From Octopus vulgaris (Eukaryota), in the NCBI GenBank assembly GCA_951406725.2, contig OX597832.1, forward strand, positions 31,806,001 to 31,870,000: a stretch of DNA of 64,000 bases, written 5' to 3'. A program made the position numbers and the translations under genes. Positions within the stretch are counted from its first letter, which is position 1. Each line of letters opens with the position of its first letter. The notes beneath the pieces are model-generated. The model made no database searches, was not told where the DNA came from, and worked only from the letters and a program-made list of their open reading frames with translations. Below are positions 1 through 15,473 of the stretch, piece after piece.

Positions 1-35
<35 letters not shown>

Positions 36-838
36 GTATATATACACATCTATATATGTATATATATATATGTATATATATACATATATATATGCCTATA
101 TATACATATAAATGAATGTATGTATGTAAGTATAAATACGGATGTACATGTACGTAAACATATATGTACACATTGATATATATTTATATAATTGTGTGTG
201 CATGTGTCTGTATGGAAGTGCGTGTGTATGTATGTGTATGTATGTGTGTGTGTGTGTGTGTGTGTGCGTGTATGTGTGATTAAACATTCAGCGCACGAGT
301 AACGAGAAAACAAATTGCTGAATACAAATTAAATAAATATACAAAAAGTAGCAAGAAAGAAGTAAAGAAAAAAAAGAGAGTAAGCAATAAGAGTCATAGA
401 TGAGTGGGGGTGGGGTAGAGGAGTGGAGGAGGTCGAAGGAGGCTGAGAAGAGGTGCGTCTTTAAGGCGGATATGTTACACCAGTATTTTATTCACTGTCA
501 TAAACACGCATATAAACACACACACCTACATACTTACATACTTACCTCTGCTTGTGCATACAGGCGTACATAGGCAAGTACACACCGAAATACCATCAAA
601 CATATACGCATATTCACCCTCACGTGTACTAGGCCCACACACGGGGACTCACATACACACACACGCGCATGCACACTGAAAAATACTCACGAAAACCGTT
701 AAATACTACTCATAAAAACTCGCTGACGCATACATACAACACCATCTGCAGAGAGAGAAACAGAGAGAGAGAGAGAGAGAGGGGAAAAAGAAGGAGAAAT
801 GTGCAATACTACAGACAACACACACACACACACGCACG

Positions 839-869
<31 letters not shown>

Positions 870-1586
870 AGAGCATGGCCCAGTTTACGATGTAAAACGA
901 AACTGCTAGCACATCTAATCATTTCGCCATCAAATGAGTTGCCTGATAAGTAAGATTCGCCATCTCTCATCAATTCTGTGGCATGGCAGACGAGTTCGCT
1001 CTGAGAGGCAACCCTCTACATATGTACACACCACCACACGCCACCACACGCCGCCCACACACGGCACCTGCCTTGGGAAGAAATCTGTTTATTTACCAAA
1101 AACTAATCATATTGTTCCACTTTTTATTCACTTGAGTAATTTAATAACGATTTAGACAGAATGACGTCACAACACCTTAGATTCATCTCTCTTTCCCTCT
1201 CCCCTCATTCTGTTTGCTCTCCTTCTTTGTCACTCCCTACATACATACATACATACATACATACATACATACATACATACATACATACATACACACATAC
1301 ATACATATACATATTCACTTATAGGTACACGTATGTACATAAACATATACGTACATATACACACACATATACATTCGTACGTACATATTATGTGTGTATA
1401 TACATACATGCTTACACACTCACATACACACACATATATATATATATATGTATCACATACATACATACAGGCATACTTATGTGCATGCAGTCTCTCTCTC
1501 CCTCTCTCACACAAACACATATGCATGCATATAAATGTACATATATCTGCAAATCCCTATCTATTTAACTATCTCTATCTATTTAT

Positions 1587-1671
<85 letters not shown>

Positions 1672-2069
1672 ATTAACGAAGCAGCACGTTTGTGTACTAA
1701 AATTATTCCAATACATTCTTGCTTCTCGTCAAACTAAATGGAAATGTTTAAGGAACCGGACCAAACTGATCAATTCTAAATACCAAACTACCGAGGCCTC
1801 AGATCTGTAGAGTTTCCTATAACACTGAAACGTGCATACACACCAGGAAATAATTTCCGGATGTTTAAGTACTTTACATAACCTGTCACATGTTATCACA
1901 CGTTATCACATTGTATACGCCTTTATACTGGATATATACGTATATTGCAGGTTGGCGTCGTCTTATCAAACTTGCTTTGGGAATTCTCGATATTGCTGTT
2001 GATCTTGTACCGCGACAGATAATCTCAGAGGACTTCGATCCCTTTTTCTTTGACTTGTTGTAGTCTTTG

Positions 2070-2456
<387 letters not shown>

Positions 2457-2689
2457 ATATATTTCAACTACATTTTAAATATATATATTTGAATCGCTTT
2501 CACCGTTCATCGCAAACAGACAAACAAATGACAACTTCACAGCAAATATCCATTTGAATTTAATTCATGTGAACCACCCTTCATCCGTTCGTAATTTTTG
2601 TGATTAGCAATGTTATAATTGTCGGTTGCCAGAAATTTCCGGGTTGGGGAAACATAAGATGGTCAGGTAAATTGCATTGCACTATCGTT

Positions 2690-2842
2690 TGTTCCAATCT
2701 TTAAGTTCTGAGTTCAAATCCCGCCGAAGTCAATTTTTATTGCAATCCTTCCGGAGTCAATAAAATAAAGTACGAGCCTAGTACTGAGGTCAGGAGTATC
2801 AGCTAACATTATCCTAGGAGCCTTGTGTCTATACCAGAAACT
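2690..2842 (+). mobile_element. SINE family B fragment
   Basis: gttctgagttcaaatcccgccgaagtcaa...atccttccggagtcaataaaataaagtac matches 57891-58278. Confidence 0.65.
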
Positions 2843-2843
2843 G

Positions 2844-2913
<70 letters not shown>

Positions 2914-2918
2914 CATTA
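2844..2918. repeat. (TTA)n microsatellite; possible tail or target of the adjacent repeat
   Basis: Direct inspection. Confidence 0.95.
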
Positions 2919-2919
2919 T

Positions 2920-3410
2920 AGAGTCAGAGTGGATCGCATACAATCAAAGTGAAACTGGGGTAAAATTATACGAGGCCCACTATACCCCTCATGACTAGCC
3001 GTCTGATAAGGGTTACCAGATACGAGTATCACAACCGTATGCGCACCACATGGTGATCTTATATCAAGACAAACAGCGCATGAACTTGCAGATGGGGTTC
3101 TGAATTTTCTTCAGGTTGAGTAGCCCATCCTGCTTAAAAGGTTCCTAAATAAGGTTTATTTAAGGATGATGAACAGAACACCTGTTTTCAGAGGTGAATT
3201 ATCCAAACCCTCGACACATGGCTATGATGCTCCCCAACTACTTCTGCTCGTGATCAGAGATACACATATCGTCAGCAAATCTGTGGTATTGAGCAGAATA
3301 TTTGCTGTAGTCCATCTTTTATAACAAGACAAAACAATGTACATGATAACACTTCCAATCAGTTAAGATCAGAAGCCATGGAAGTGACTGCCAGGTATTG
3401 CATCAGAGTG
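2920..3410 (-). mobile_element. Unclassified interspersed repeat associated with (TAA)n
   Basis: 3215-3340 is homologous in inverted orientation to 39243-39415 (gctatgat..tcccc.acta...ctgctc.tgatcagagat.cacat...ctgtggtattgagcagaatatttgctgta). Both copies abut TAA repeats. Strand is inferred. Confidence 0.55.
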
Positions 3411-3414
3411 GTAT

Positions 3415-3810
3415 GGACTGGCAGAATCGTTAGCACAGTGGGAAAAATGCTTAGCGGTATTTCGTCCGTCTTTACGTTCTGAGTTCATAATTCGGCCGAG
3501 GTAGTCTTTGCCTTTCATCCTTTCGGGGTCAATTAAATAAGTACCAGTTACGCACTGGGGTCGATATAATCGACTTAATCCGTTTATCTGTCCTTGTTTG
3601 TCCTCTCTGTGTTTAGCACCTTGTGGGTAGTAAAGAAATTGGGATTTCGTCCGTCTTTACGTTCTGAGTTGAAATTCTGCCGAAGTAGACTTTTCCTTTC
3701 ATCCTTTCCCGAGTCAATTAAATAAGGACCACTTGGGTACTGTAGTCGATGTAATCGACCAACATCTTCCCCCAGAATTGCTGGTTTTCTGCCAACATTT
3801 GAAACCAATA
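3415..3810 (+). mobile_element. SINE family B, dimeric, near full length
   Basis: A-box-like tggcagaatcgtt and B-box-like gttctgagttca. The gcctttcatcctttcggggtc..ttaaataagtaccag body occurs twice. Colinear with 57891-58278; followed by (TTA)n. Confidence 0.8.
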
Positions 3811-3816
3811 TTGCTG

Positions 3817-3889
<73 letters not shown>

Positions 3890-4569
3890 CGTTATTGACA
3901 TGAATGTTTTTATTAGGAATTAATATCCTGCTCAACTCACTCTTATTCCCATCTACTCTCATCTACCCCCAATACACATATAAAAATCCATCTGTTTTAA
4001 ATTCACCGAAGCAATTCGTATCATCTTACTCGTTTATCAAAACTTCCACCACAATTCCGCGAGCTGGAATTAAATATAATTTGAAGCTCCATATTCCATA
4101 TCCAGGTTCCTTCTTTCTCCCGTCTACCAAACTCTTCAATTTTCTGGTCTCTAATCAGACTGCATAACACATTTGTCACGGTGAACCATGTCCCAGGGTA
4201 ATCCTATATTTTAATATATCCCGTTCTTTATGAAACCATATTAATGATCTTATCACAGATAACATAACCTGAATATTTAATATATTTAATTAGGTGAGGA
4301 CATTAAAATTCTGGTTCCTTTCCTTTGAGGGCGTCATGATTAGCCGTTCGTCATGAAGCACCAGTGGAGTGTAATAATTCAACTTTGAGAGTAAACCTTC
4401 TTATCTGGAGCATACTTCTGTAAGTGAATACTTCTACCTTCTGGCAAAAGATGGCAGATCTTTTCAAACGGTAACTGATACAATTATTATACCAGACACG
4501 CAGGATCCAATTTTGGCTCCTCTGCTTTGCTTTTGTTACTCGAACTCTTTAAACATTCTGATTTCAAAT

Positions 4570-4774
4570 TTTGACATAATGCCAGACATTTCGAAGGAGA
4601 CGGTAAGTCAATTAGATTGACCCCAGTTTTTAACTGGTACATATTTTACTAATCCTGAAAGAATGAAGGGCAAAATCGACCTCGGCGGAATTTGTATGCA
4701 GAACGCAAACACAGACAAAACGCCTCTAAGCATTTTCCACGGCGGATTTAACGATTCTGCCAGCCCGCCGCCTT
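4570..4774 (-). mobile_element. SINE family B monomer-type copy
   Basis: Reverse complement starts aaggcggcgggctggcagaatcgtt and contains aattccgccgaggtcgattttgcccttcattctttcagg. Confidence 0.75.
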
Positions 4775-5432
4775 AGAATCGGTAGAAATATTAATTATTA
4801 TATGTTGCATAAAATTAATTACACACTGTAGATAAAATCATAGATTACGCTCCATAGACAACCCTTGCCCCTATCACGTAACTTTCGGATATATTTAACA
4901 CTTCTTCTCCCATTAAATAAGACACACGAAATCCAGGCGTCCACGCATTCACAACCTTTCTCAGTTCTTTACAATCTTCTCTCTGATTATATAATTTTAC
5001 TGTTGATTTCTCGGTAAATTAATTCTTGGCTCAGTTACAAAAGTTGCTCAACTTCTTCTGATTAACCCCCACCTCCACCAAACTAGTGATGATAGTGAAG
5101 TCAGTAATTTATGCATACAAGTATATGTTTCGAATGTACAAAGACTAAGTTTCCTCCAACACATTAGATAATTCCAACTCTACAACGTTCAACCAAGTTG
5201 TAAACTTCAACAGATTTTCATTGTTGAAAAGTTCTACCTTCATGTTATTTATCTGCCTATGTAGGTACGTGCATCTACAGATAAACTTAGATAATATGTG
5301 TATGTATGTATGTATGTATGTATGTATATAGGTATGTGTGTACAAATATAAATATCATATATATAATGTATGTAAGTATATATATTTATATATATATATA
5401 TATACATGTATGTATATATGTATATATGTATA

Positions 5433-5586
5433 TGGCTGTGGGGTAAGTAGCTTGCTTCACAACCACATGGTTCTGGGTTCAGTCGCACTGCATGGCAACT
5501 TGGGCAAGTGTCTGCCATTTTAGCCTCATGATGACTAAAGCCTTGTGAGTTGATTGGGTAGATGGAAAAACTGAAAGAAGCCCGTC

Positions 5587-5627
<41 letters not shown>

Positions 5628-5803
5628 TGTGTGTTTGTTTATGTGTCTGTGTTTTTCCTTCCACCATCGTTTGACAACAGCTGTCGGGGTGTTTACGTCC
5701 TCGTAACTTAGTGGTTCGGCAAATCAGGCCGATAGAGTAAGTACTAGGTTTACAAAGAATAAGTCCAGCATGGCCACAGTCAGATGACTCAAGCAAATAA
5801 AAG
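5433..5803 (+). mobile_element. SINE family A copy
   Basis: tRNA-like head tggctgtggggtaagtagc...ggttctgggttcagtc, cttgggcaagtg block, ctgaaagaagcccgtcg then (TA)n, and tail ccagcatggccacagtcagatgact. Confidence 0.85.
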
Positions 5804-6086
5804 AATATATATACAACATGTATATATACATAGCATAAAAAAAAAAGAGAAAGATTTTTGTCGAGTCCTACAGAATTCTGGGGCCGGATTCCCGGCGTCC
5901 GCGCTGTGTATGGGTTGTCGGTCTGCAATAGGACTACTCGTTGTTACCAGCATTAGAAAGCGAAAGATTGGGTGGCGGGGCTTTCACAATTGTGTGTGCG
6001 GCGGCTCGTTTGCTTAAAACCCTTCAAGGCATTGCATCAGCATGGTCGTAGTCCAATGACTGAAACTAGTTATAGATCAAAGAACC

Positions 6087-6153
<67 letters not shown>

Positions 6154-6593
6154 CACGCACGCACGCACGCATGCACGAATGCACGCAGGCAAGCACGCAC
6201 ACATATCTGTTTCAAAATCCATGGAACTGTCTTGTGTCAAACAACCTTGAATTCTACGATGAAATTAAAGAATCGCGAAGATAAATGTTATAACTCACGG
6301 AAATACACATCCACGCATGTTCATACATTGTCATACATACAAACATACGGGTACAGTGAAAGAGAGTAAGACATTCCATATACACGCGTGTAGAAACGCA
6401 AACACATGGGTGTATATATACGAATCAAAACATGCGGATATACACACGCGACAACGTTCGATGCCTGTGCCAAAAAACAAAAACAAAAACAAAACAAAAC
6501 CACGCAATTTTCTTTTTATACTTACGCACGCCTACACACATACAGAGAAACGTGTGCGTGCGTGTGTGTGTTTGTGTATATATATATACACAC

Positions 6594-6626
<33 letters not shown>

Positions 6627-7200
6627 AAATAGTGTACGTTTTAACACAAGAGAAAACTGCCTTCAACAGGCGGTTTTACACGCTAGAAGAAGTAGTCAAA
6701 ACGACCAAAACCACATTTAAGAGCAATCTTCAAAAGGAATGAAAAATAAGGACTTTTACCTTGTTATGTTCACTATTTTATATTTGAGAATATGTTGTCC
6801 ATCGACTTTTTATGCAAGCTAGGCCACACTGCTGGTGAAATTTCTAAAAAAACTCTCTATCCTATCTTTTACATATATATATATGTATACATGTATGTAT
6901 ATGTATATACGCATGTGTACATATACATACATATACGTACATACATTCATTCACACATCTACCTACTTGCATGCATGATTTCATTTGCACGTATATTTTT
7001 ACATGCATATGCACACATATATATGCTCACTCATTCATACATACGTATATATACCAACATCCATACATGCATACAAATATGCAGTCATATACATATAGAA
7101 ATATGTACGTATATACATATCTGTGTGTGCGTGTGTGTGTTTTGTGTGTGGAGTGTTATTGTGTGTGTGTATGTGAGTATATATATAAATACATATAACC

Positions 7201-7233
<33 letters not shown>

Positions 7234-7413
7234 TAAATGAATGTATGTATATATGTATATATACACATATAGTATACATGCATATGTACCATGTAAGTAT
7301 TTAGCGTAGTTAACCAGATTCCAAGAACGGAACTTGGTTTCTTTGTTTGGAAACCGATTCTTGTTTATAGGAAGAATTGAAAGAGCTAAAAAACTAAATA
7401 CACCAAACACACA

Positions 7414-7538
7414 CCTACCTACCTACCTACCTACCTACCTACCTACCTACCTACCTACCTACCTACCTACCTACCTACCTACCTACCTACCCACTTACCT
7501 ACCTACCTACCTACCTACCTACTTACCTGCCTACCTAC
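7414..7538. repeat. (CCTA)n tetranucleotide microsatellite
   Basis: Direct inspection. Confidence 0.95.
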
Positions 7539-7782
7539 TTGCGTACATACATACATATATGCATACATACATAATACATACATATATACATACATTCATG
7601 TATACATGCAGAAATATATACCAATAAATAAATACCAATATATATATATATACATACATATATATACACATATATACATATATATATATATATATAAATA
7701 TATATATATATGTATGTATATATATATATGTATATACATGTATATATATATGTATATATATGTATATGTGTGTAAATATATG

Positions 7783-7832
<50 letters not shown>

Positions 7833-8053
7833 TTTGTATATATTACAAACACTGTTTGTTTTGAACATGTATTATTAATGTAGATTTGTATTGATTATAT
7901 TTAAACATTTTAGACAATACACACATTTTCTCTTGAATTCATGTATTGAGCACAATTGATTGTTTATGCGACAAAAAAACAAATATTTACATATACAAAC
8001 GCTAACACATATAATCACATAGATATACGCATACACATGCTAATACACATGCT

Positions 8054-8084
<31 letters not shown>

Positions 8085-8284
8085 ATACCAGTATTAACGC
8101 AATGAAAAGAAATCTATGTCCTCGGCTCGGAAGGTGAGTGTCTCCTGCCACAACTTTTTTATCCACTCCAGTTTGGTTTTAAAATACTGAAGAGTTATGC
8201 ATTGGTCACCTTGGAGGACACCTCTTTTTCTGCAAATAGGCTGAGTTAATAACATCTCAATTTTTTTTACATTTATTTTTTAGT

Positions 8285-8683
8285 CTTTTACTCTTTTACT
8301 TGGTTAGGTCATTTGATTGTGGCCATGCTGGAGCACCACCTTTAGTCGAGCAAATCGACCCCATGACTTATTCTTTGTAAGCCTAGTACTTATTCTATCG
8401 GTCACTTTTGCAGAACCGCTAAGTTATGGAGACATAAACACACCAGCATCGATGTTGCGGGAGACAAACACAGACAAACAAACACATACACACACATACA
8501 TATATATACACAAATATAGGACGGGCTTCTTTCAATTTCTGCCTACCAAATCCATTCGCAAGGCTTTGGCCGGCCCGAGGCTATAGTAGAAGACACTTAC
8601 CCAAGGTGCCACGCAGTGGGACTGAACCCGGAACCATGTGGTTCGTAAGCAAGCTACTTACCACACAACCTCTCCTACGCCTA
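8285..8683 (-). mobile_element. SINE family A, near full length
   Basis: Highly similar to 53162-53593 along its length. Confidence 0.9.
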
Positions 8684-8959
8684 TAGTCGTACAATATTAA
8701 ATTTTATTTGTGGTGTTTGGGTTAGGGGTTAACAGTTCCCTGGAACGACGTTTAGCGAACGCAATTTGAATTCTATTGGTGACCGTTCAGAATAATTCTC
8801 AGACCATTATTGTTGTCCAGTCGCTTTTTATGACCCTTGTGGCTCAATCATTGCTTTGTACAGCCATGACTGTCCCTTCTGCTCTGACGGTTTTGCCCTT
8901 CACGCAACAGGGCCTTTTGTCATACACATACACACATACATGCACACACACACACATGC

Positions 8960-9001
<42 letters not shown>

Positions 9002-9027
9002 TATTGTAGACGTGTGTGTAGGCTCAT

Positions 9028-9091
9028 TATCATCATCATCATCATCATCATCAGTTTATTTTCCTCCTCATTTTCCTCTTTCTTAGTCTCC

Positions 9092-9122
<31 letters not shown>

Positions 9123-9646
9123 CTTCTCCTCCTCCTCCTTCTTTTTCTTCTTCTTCTTCTTCTTCTTCTTCTTCTTCTTCTTCTTCCCCTTCTTCTTCCT
9201 GTTCTTCCTCTTCTCGTTCTTTTGTTTGTTCTACTCCTTCCTCTTCTTTTCTTTCTTTTGGTTGTTCCACTTTCTCTTCCTCTTCATAAACAACAAAAGC
9301 AACAACAACGACAACAACAACAACATAAATAATCGTTGCTGCTGCTATTATTTTCTTCATGATGATGATGATGATGATGGTGGTGGTAGTGGTGGTGATG
9401 CTGATGATGCTGCTGCTGATGATGATGATGATGGTGATGGTAGTGATAGTGGTGATGATGATAATGATAATGATGATGGTTGTGGTGGCAGTGGTGGTGG
9501 TGGTGATGATGATGATGATGATGGCGGTGGTGGTGGTAGTGGTGGTGAGGATGATGATGATGATGGTGGTGATGGCTTTGTTGTTAATGGTGGTGGTGAT
9601 GACGATGATGATGATGGTGGTGGTGGTAGTGGTGGTGGTGATAATA

Positions 9647-9693
<47 letters not shown>

Positions 9694-9722
9694 GTTGTTG
9701 TTGGTGGTAGTGACGGTGATAG
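9028..9722. repeat. Compound trinucleotide low-complexity tract (CAT, TTC, CAA, GAT/GGT)
   Basis: Direct inspection; it explains the overlapping homopolymeric ORFs. Confidence 0.9.
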
Positions 9723-10561
9723 TTAGTTCATGGCTGATATTAACGAAGAAACAGCATGAGCGGTTGTGATGTGTTGTGAGGTGAAAAAGATCAACAAAAA
9801 TCACTCAAATAGACACGCCATGTTTTTCAATGACGCTCGTGTCACGTACTGCAAATAAGCTTTCATGAACTTCACAGAAGCCCTCCAGAACGAAACCCTA
9901 TCACCTGCCCCGCCCCGCCACGCCCCACCCCTTCATACACACGCACACGCGCAACCAAACTTCACCTACAAGTGCCACCAAACCCTGCATCAAACCCAGT
10001 ATCACGAATATCATCATCATCACCATCACCAGCATCACCATCGGTGTAAACCATTCACGTCATCGTCCTCCGCGTCACAATTATGATCCAATACTGTCAT
10101 CATCATCATCACCACCGCAGTCGTCGTCATCGTGCTCATCATCATCATCAACATCATCATCTTCAGCAGCAGCAGCAGCAGCAGCAGCAGGGGAGGCGGT
10201 GGCGGCCTTTAACTGTGAACACACGCTGAAAGGAAAGGAAGCACGCGAATACATTGAACGAACATCCATAACCACACACTTACACACGTGCACGTGTATA
10301 TATACACACATACACACATACACGTGTATATATATATACACACACACACACACACATACACACACATACACACACATACACACACACACACACACATACA
10401 CACACACACACACACATACACACACATGTGACATATCTGACACATGTAGTGTCTGAGCGCGTGTATATGTTTATGTATGTATATATGCATAATATATATA
10501 TATATTTATACATATGTGTATGTATGTATATGCATATATTTATATATGTGTGTGGAGGGTG

Positions 10562-10597
<36 letters not shown>

Positions 10598-10718
10598 CAC
10601 AAATCATAAAGCTATTCTGCTGTCAGGGAATTAAAGTTAGAACTTGACTTTTAGTCTTGACTCCAAGTCGTGCCTTTGGCAAAGGATTCTATCATCACCA
10701 TCATCGTCGTCGTCGTCG

Positions 10719-10720
<2 letters not shown>

Positions 10721-10798
<78 letters not shown>

Positions 10799-10805
10799 GT
10801 TGTTG

Positions 10806-10861
<56 letters not shown>

Positions 10862-10868
10862 GTTGTTG

Positions 10869-10938
<70 letters not shown>

Positions 10939-10943
10939 CATTA
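10721..10943. repeat. (TTA)n/(TTG)n microsatellite
   Basis: Direct inspection. Confidence 0.95.
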
Positions 10944-11284
10944 TAACTTGTCATAGTCGTGCCTATTCACAAATCACTTCGAATTACGACTATATTCTTT
11001 AAAATGCTATTTTATTGGAATCAGGCATCATGAGATCTTTCTGGTAGTTTGACTGAACAAAAATTAGGAAAAATAAACATGGCGTCTCGATAGAATTAAA
11101 TTTGCGTTAAAAGTGTTTGCTAATGGGCTGTGCTGAACCACGGAATACATCCATAAATTGTAGACAACACTGCTTATATACATACATACCTTTGTACATG
11201 CATGCATGTTTGAATATATGTGCGTATATATGTATGTATATACGTAGGCATGTATGTGTGTACGTGTATATGTGTATGTGTCTA

Positions 11285-11292
11285 CCTATCTC

Positions 11293-11381
<89 letters not shown>

Positions 11382-11389
11382 TTATTTAT

Positions 11390-11459
<70 letters not shown>

Positions 11460-11484
11460 GTCTGTCTGTCTGTCTGTCTCTCTG

Positions 11485-11538
<54 letters not shown>
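11285..11538. repeat. (TATC)n/(TGTC)n microsatellite
   Basis: Direct inspection. Confidence 0.95.
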
Positions 11539-11546
<8 letters not shown>

Positions 11547-12419
11547 CGTTTTTCTTTCTTACTATCTGTCTATCTATCGATCGATATATGTATGTACACT
11601 TCCCATCTGTTATTGAATTTTTCCTCTGAAGAAGGAGCTCGTTTCTAAGAAAGATACAAATCTCCATCATTTTAATATAGGTAATGCAAACAATGTTACC
11701 TTTCAAACATAAGAAAAATCTTGCATATTTTTATTGTTCCACTTACAGATTGTATATTTAAAATGCGAGCCAATTGGCTGCTTTCTTTTTCTGAAAACCT
11801 AAGCTTATCCAGATGGACAATTATCTAGACTGAAGTGTTCCAATTATCATAGGATATAAACGTAAACTCGTAATACAAATATAGAAGCTGGATTTTTCGA
11901 AGCAATTGTCCATATTTATCTTCTTTCTGTTAAATTTTCAATAAAATATTGACACCAGTAACCATATCCTTGGCACCGTCTATATCCCTGGTCTATGCTG
12001 AGTAGATCTGTAGCCAAACATATTCTAACAATGATGAAATTTTATTCGTCGGGGATATAAATGAAGCCGTCATCTAAAGGAACTTCTTTCAGACTATACT
12101 GGTGCATTTCTTGAAAGCCCAACTCTTGTTTGGCTTTCTTGCTGGTTCATAATTCCTTCATGTTTGATATGACCACCTTGAATCATTTTGATAAATATCA
12201 ATTCAATTCCCTCGAAGATTTCTTTGAAAAGAAAAAAGAAAAAGAAAAAAAGCAGGAATCCTCTCGTGGCAACAGGCACACTCGTTCCTGTCGGAACCGC
12301 ACAAAAGTACCACGATTTGTTTCGTCACATAACTGAGTGACACATAAACTAACTAGAAGACAAGGAATTGCTAGTAATGATAGTTAAATCTCATCCTCAT
12401 ACCGTACGCCACTAAAGTA

Positions 12420-12612
12420 AAAAGTAAAGTTACCTTTTCGATTCATATGCTTTCCGCTTTATATTCCCCCCTGGATGGGACGCCAATCCATCACAGGATT
12501 AACTCCTTTTTGCCAGCCGAGTGAACTAAAGCAACGTCGCCAGTCCAGGAATCGAAACTACCATCTTACGATCATGAGTCCAACGCTGTGACCACTTAGC
12601 AATACGCCTCCA
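12420..12612 (-). mobile_element. tRNA-derived SINE (other family), diverged
   Basis: Reverse complement begins ggaggcgtattgctaagtggtcacagcg with a B-box-like gtttcgattccc. Body contains cctgtgatggattggcgtcccatccagggg. Confidence 0.6.
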
Positions 12613-13364
12613 CCTACCACCACTGTCCTATAAAGATAAAGTTCGAATTACAACAACCATCTACATATATGAAACAACAGAGGGTTTTTTGGATGGTCAG
12701 GGTTGGAACGATGTCGTACGTAAGTCTGCATCATCAGAGTTGAACCAGGGTTAACAACCTCAACACTGAAGGTCGTATTGACATTTATGTGACAACAAAT
12801 TGCGATTATCCATCGTTAAAACAGCTCCGATGACTCAACGATCCATCCAACAGTAGTAAAAACGAAAAAATAAGAATAAGATAAAAGAACAAATGAAATA
12901 AAATAGGAAAAGCCAAAATAACAATCAAATTAGATCAGAAATTTCCTCAGAAAGATGGCTACAAAGTAAAAAAAAAAGGAACAAAAACAAAAAAGACACG
13001 ATAGAAACAAATATAAACCAGAAACGAAAAACAAGGAACAAAATATAAATGAAACAAAGCAGAAAGGAGCGATGAAGGCAAATAAATAAATAGAAATAAA
13101 TGAAAATAAGAGAAATAAAAATAAAAATAAATATAGAAATGAGAAAAGGATTTCTAACAAAATTACAGAAAAATCCCATAAAATGTCTGGAAATTCAATC
13201 CGTTGGCAACGAGAGGCTAAACATAGAAATATTTGGCGTTTAATCTCTCAGGGTAGATTTAAGATGAAACACTGACAGATAATGCGTATGTGGGTGTGGG
13301 CGAATATACATACATATATATACATATATGTATATATATATATATGTGTGTGTGTATATATATG

Positions 13365-13397
<33 letters not shown>

Positions 13398-13815
13398 ATA
13401 TATGTGTATGTATGTATGTATGTATGTATATATATATATATATATATGTCTGTATATGTATATATATGTATATATATATATGTATATATATATGTATGTA
13501 TATATATATATATATGTATATATATATGTATATATATATATGTATATATATATGAATATATATGTAAGTACATAAGAACGAGAAGAAAGACATATGTGTA
13601 TATACATGTGTATGTTTTTATGTGTGTGTGTGTATCTATGTATGTCATTGAGTATGTGTATATATATAAATATATATTTTGTACAAATGGGAATTAGATA
13701 AATAAAAGATGAAATGCAAAATAAAATGAGAGGAAAAAGTTAAAAAATATGAAAAACTTTGAACGTAAATTAATTTTTGACACACAATTAATGAAATACA
13801 TACATACATATATAC

Positions 13816-13895
<80 letters not shown>

Positions 13896-14106
13896 GTATA
13901 TATATATATATATATATACGTATATACACATGCATATATACATATATTACATATATATATATATGCATATATATATTAATTTATGTATGTATATATATAT
14001 ATATATATATACATGCATATGTGTATGTGTACATATACATTCACATATATACAGGCATATATATGTTTATATATACATAAATATGTGTGTGTATATATAT
14101 ATATAT

Positions 14107-14137
<31 letters not shown>

Positions 14138-15329
14138 TATATACACACATATACATATACATACATAGAGAGAAAGAGAGAAGAAGAGAGGGATCAGCTT
14201 GTGTGTGTGTGTGTGTATGTGTGTGCGTGTGTCTGTTTGAGGTTGTATAGGTGTTGGTGTGGTTGAGTCAAAGGTTAAGGAGGAGACGGACTGCGCTGGA
14301 AAACCTTGTCTCCACCGATATTTCATATCAGGAAATAAAAAAAGGAGATGAACATAAAAAGCGGATCACAAATCTACTTGGAAAACCAGTAAAGGGATAA
14401 TACTTCGGTTTAATTAACTCTGTACAAAGGACGACGGGATTAGGGCAGCGTTTGGGAGAAAGCGAGGAAGGGCGTAAGGGAGCGTGGGAGTGGTTGTGAG
14501 TGGGTTAATAAGAGAGAAACAATTGACAGATCGATGGAATGGAGGGGAGTGAGTGAGGTGGTGGGGGTGAAAGAATACGATAAAAAGGGACAGAGCTGGG
14601 GCTGTGATGTAACAGCTTATACTACCACCTCAACCGTCGAGACCACCAGTACTGTGACTACCATTGGTACTACTGCCGTCATCACTGACTCATCAACCAC
14701 CTCCACCATCACCAACGCCTCCACCATCACCAACGCCTCCACCGCAACCAAGACGACGACGATGACGACAACAACCCTGACCACCACCACCGTCGCCATC
14801 ACTAGCACCACCACCACCACCACCTACACCGTAATCACCAGCACAGCCACAACGATAACCACAGACACTATTATTATAATCAACGTCATGACCACCACCC
14901 TTCACTATCCTTACTTTTACCACCTCTCATCACATTATGACTACCACAACCGAAACCACCACCGCTACTACCACCGCTACCACCACCGCTACCAGAATTA
15001 CTGTTGGACTCAACTATCAATCTTGAGTCAGCTGAAGATCACGTATGTGACAAGTGGAGAAGAAGAAGAGGGAGATGAGTGAGAGATACGTGAAGATAGG
15101 TAGATTGATAGAGAGATAATGAGGAAGAGGGAGAAAGTGAGTGAGAGAGAGAGAGGGGTAAGGGAAAGCGCGAGGGAGAAATACATAAATGCAGATAGGG
15201 AGATAGTGAAGGAGAGAAAGAGATAGTAAGAAGAGAGAGAGGGAGAATGAGAGAGAAAAGAAAGAGAGGCAGAGAGCTACATAAAGATAAACAGAGAGAA
15301 AGGGAAAGAGCGATCTGCAGTGTTACTCA

Positions 15330-15473
15330 TCTGGTACTCATTTCCGCTGAGTAGAATGGATCAAAGTAAAATGGTGTGCCTTGCTCAAGGACATAACCCA
15401 CCACCGTTTCCAGGAATCGAACATACTGTTCTCAGTGTCCGAGATCAACGGCGCCAATCACTGGGGCACGCGT
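15330..15473 (-). mobile_element. tRNA-derived SINE fragment
   Basis: Reverse complement has cccagtgattgg, B box gttcgattcc, tgtccttgagcaaggcac and atgagtaccag. Confidence 0.6.

Noticed and set aside
8920-9804. 294-aa ORF and overlapping Asp/Gly-rich ORF
   Set aside because: Compound trinucleotide repeats open in most frames; no coding evidence.
11629-11660. ctgaagaaggagctc hammerhead-like start (similar case at 24740-24765)
   Set aside because: Stems and the cleavage triplet cannot be completed.
14534-15082. Thr-rich mucin-like 182-aa ORF
   Set aside because: Degenerate (ACC)n low-complexity tract with no signal peptide or splice evidence.
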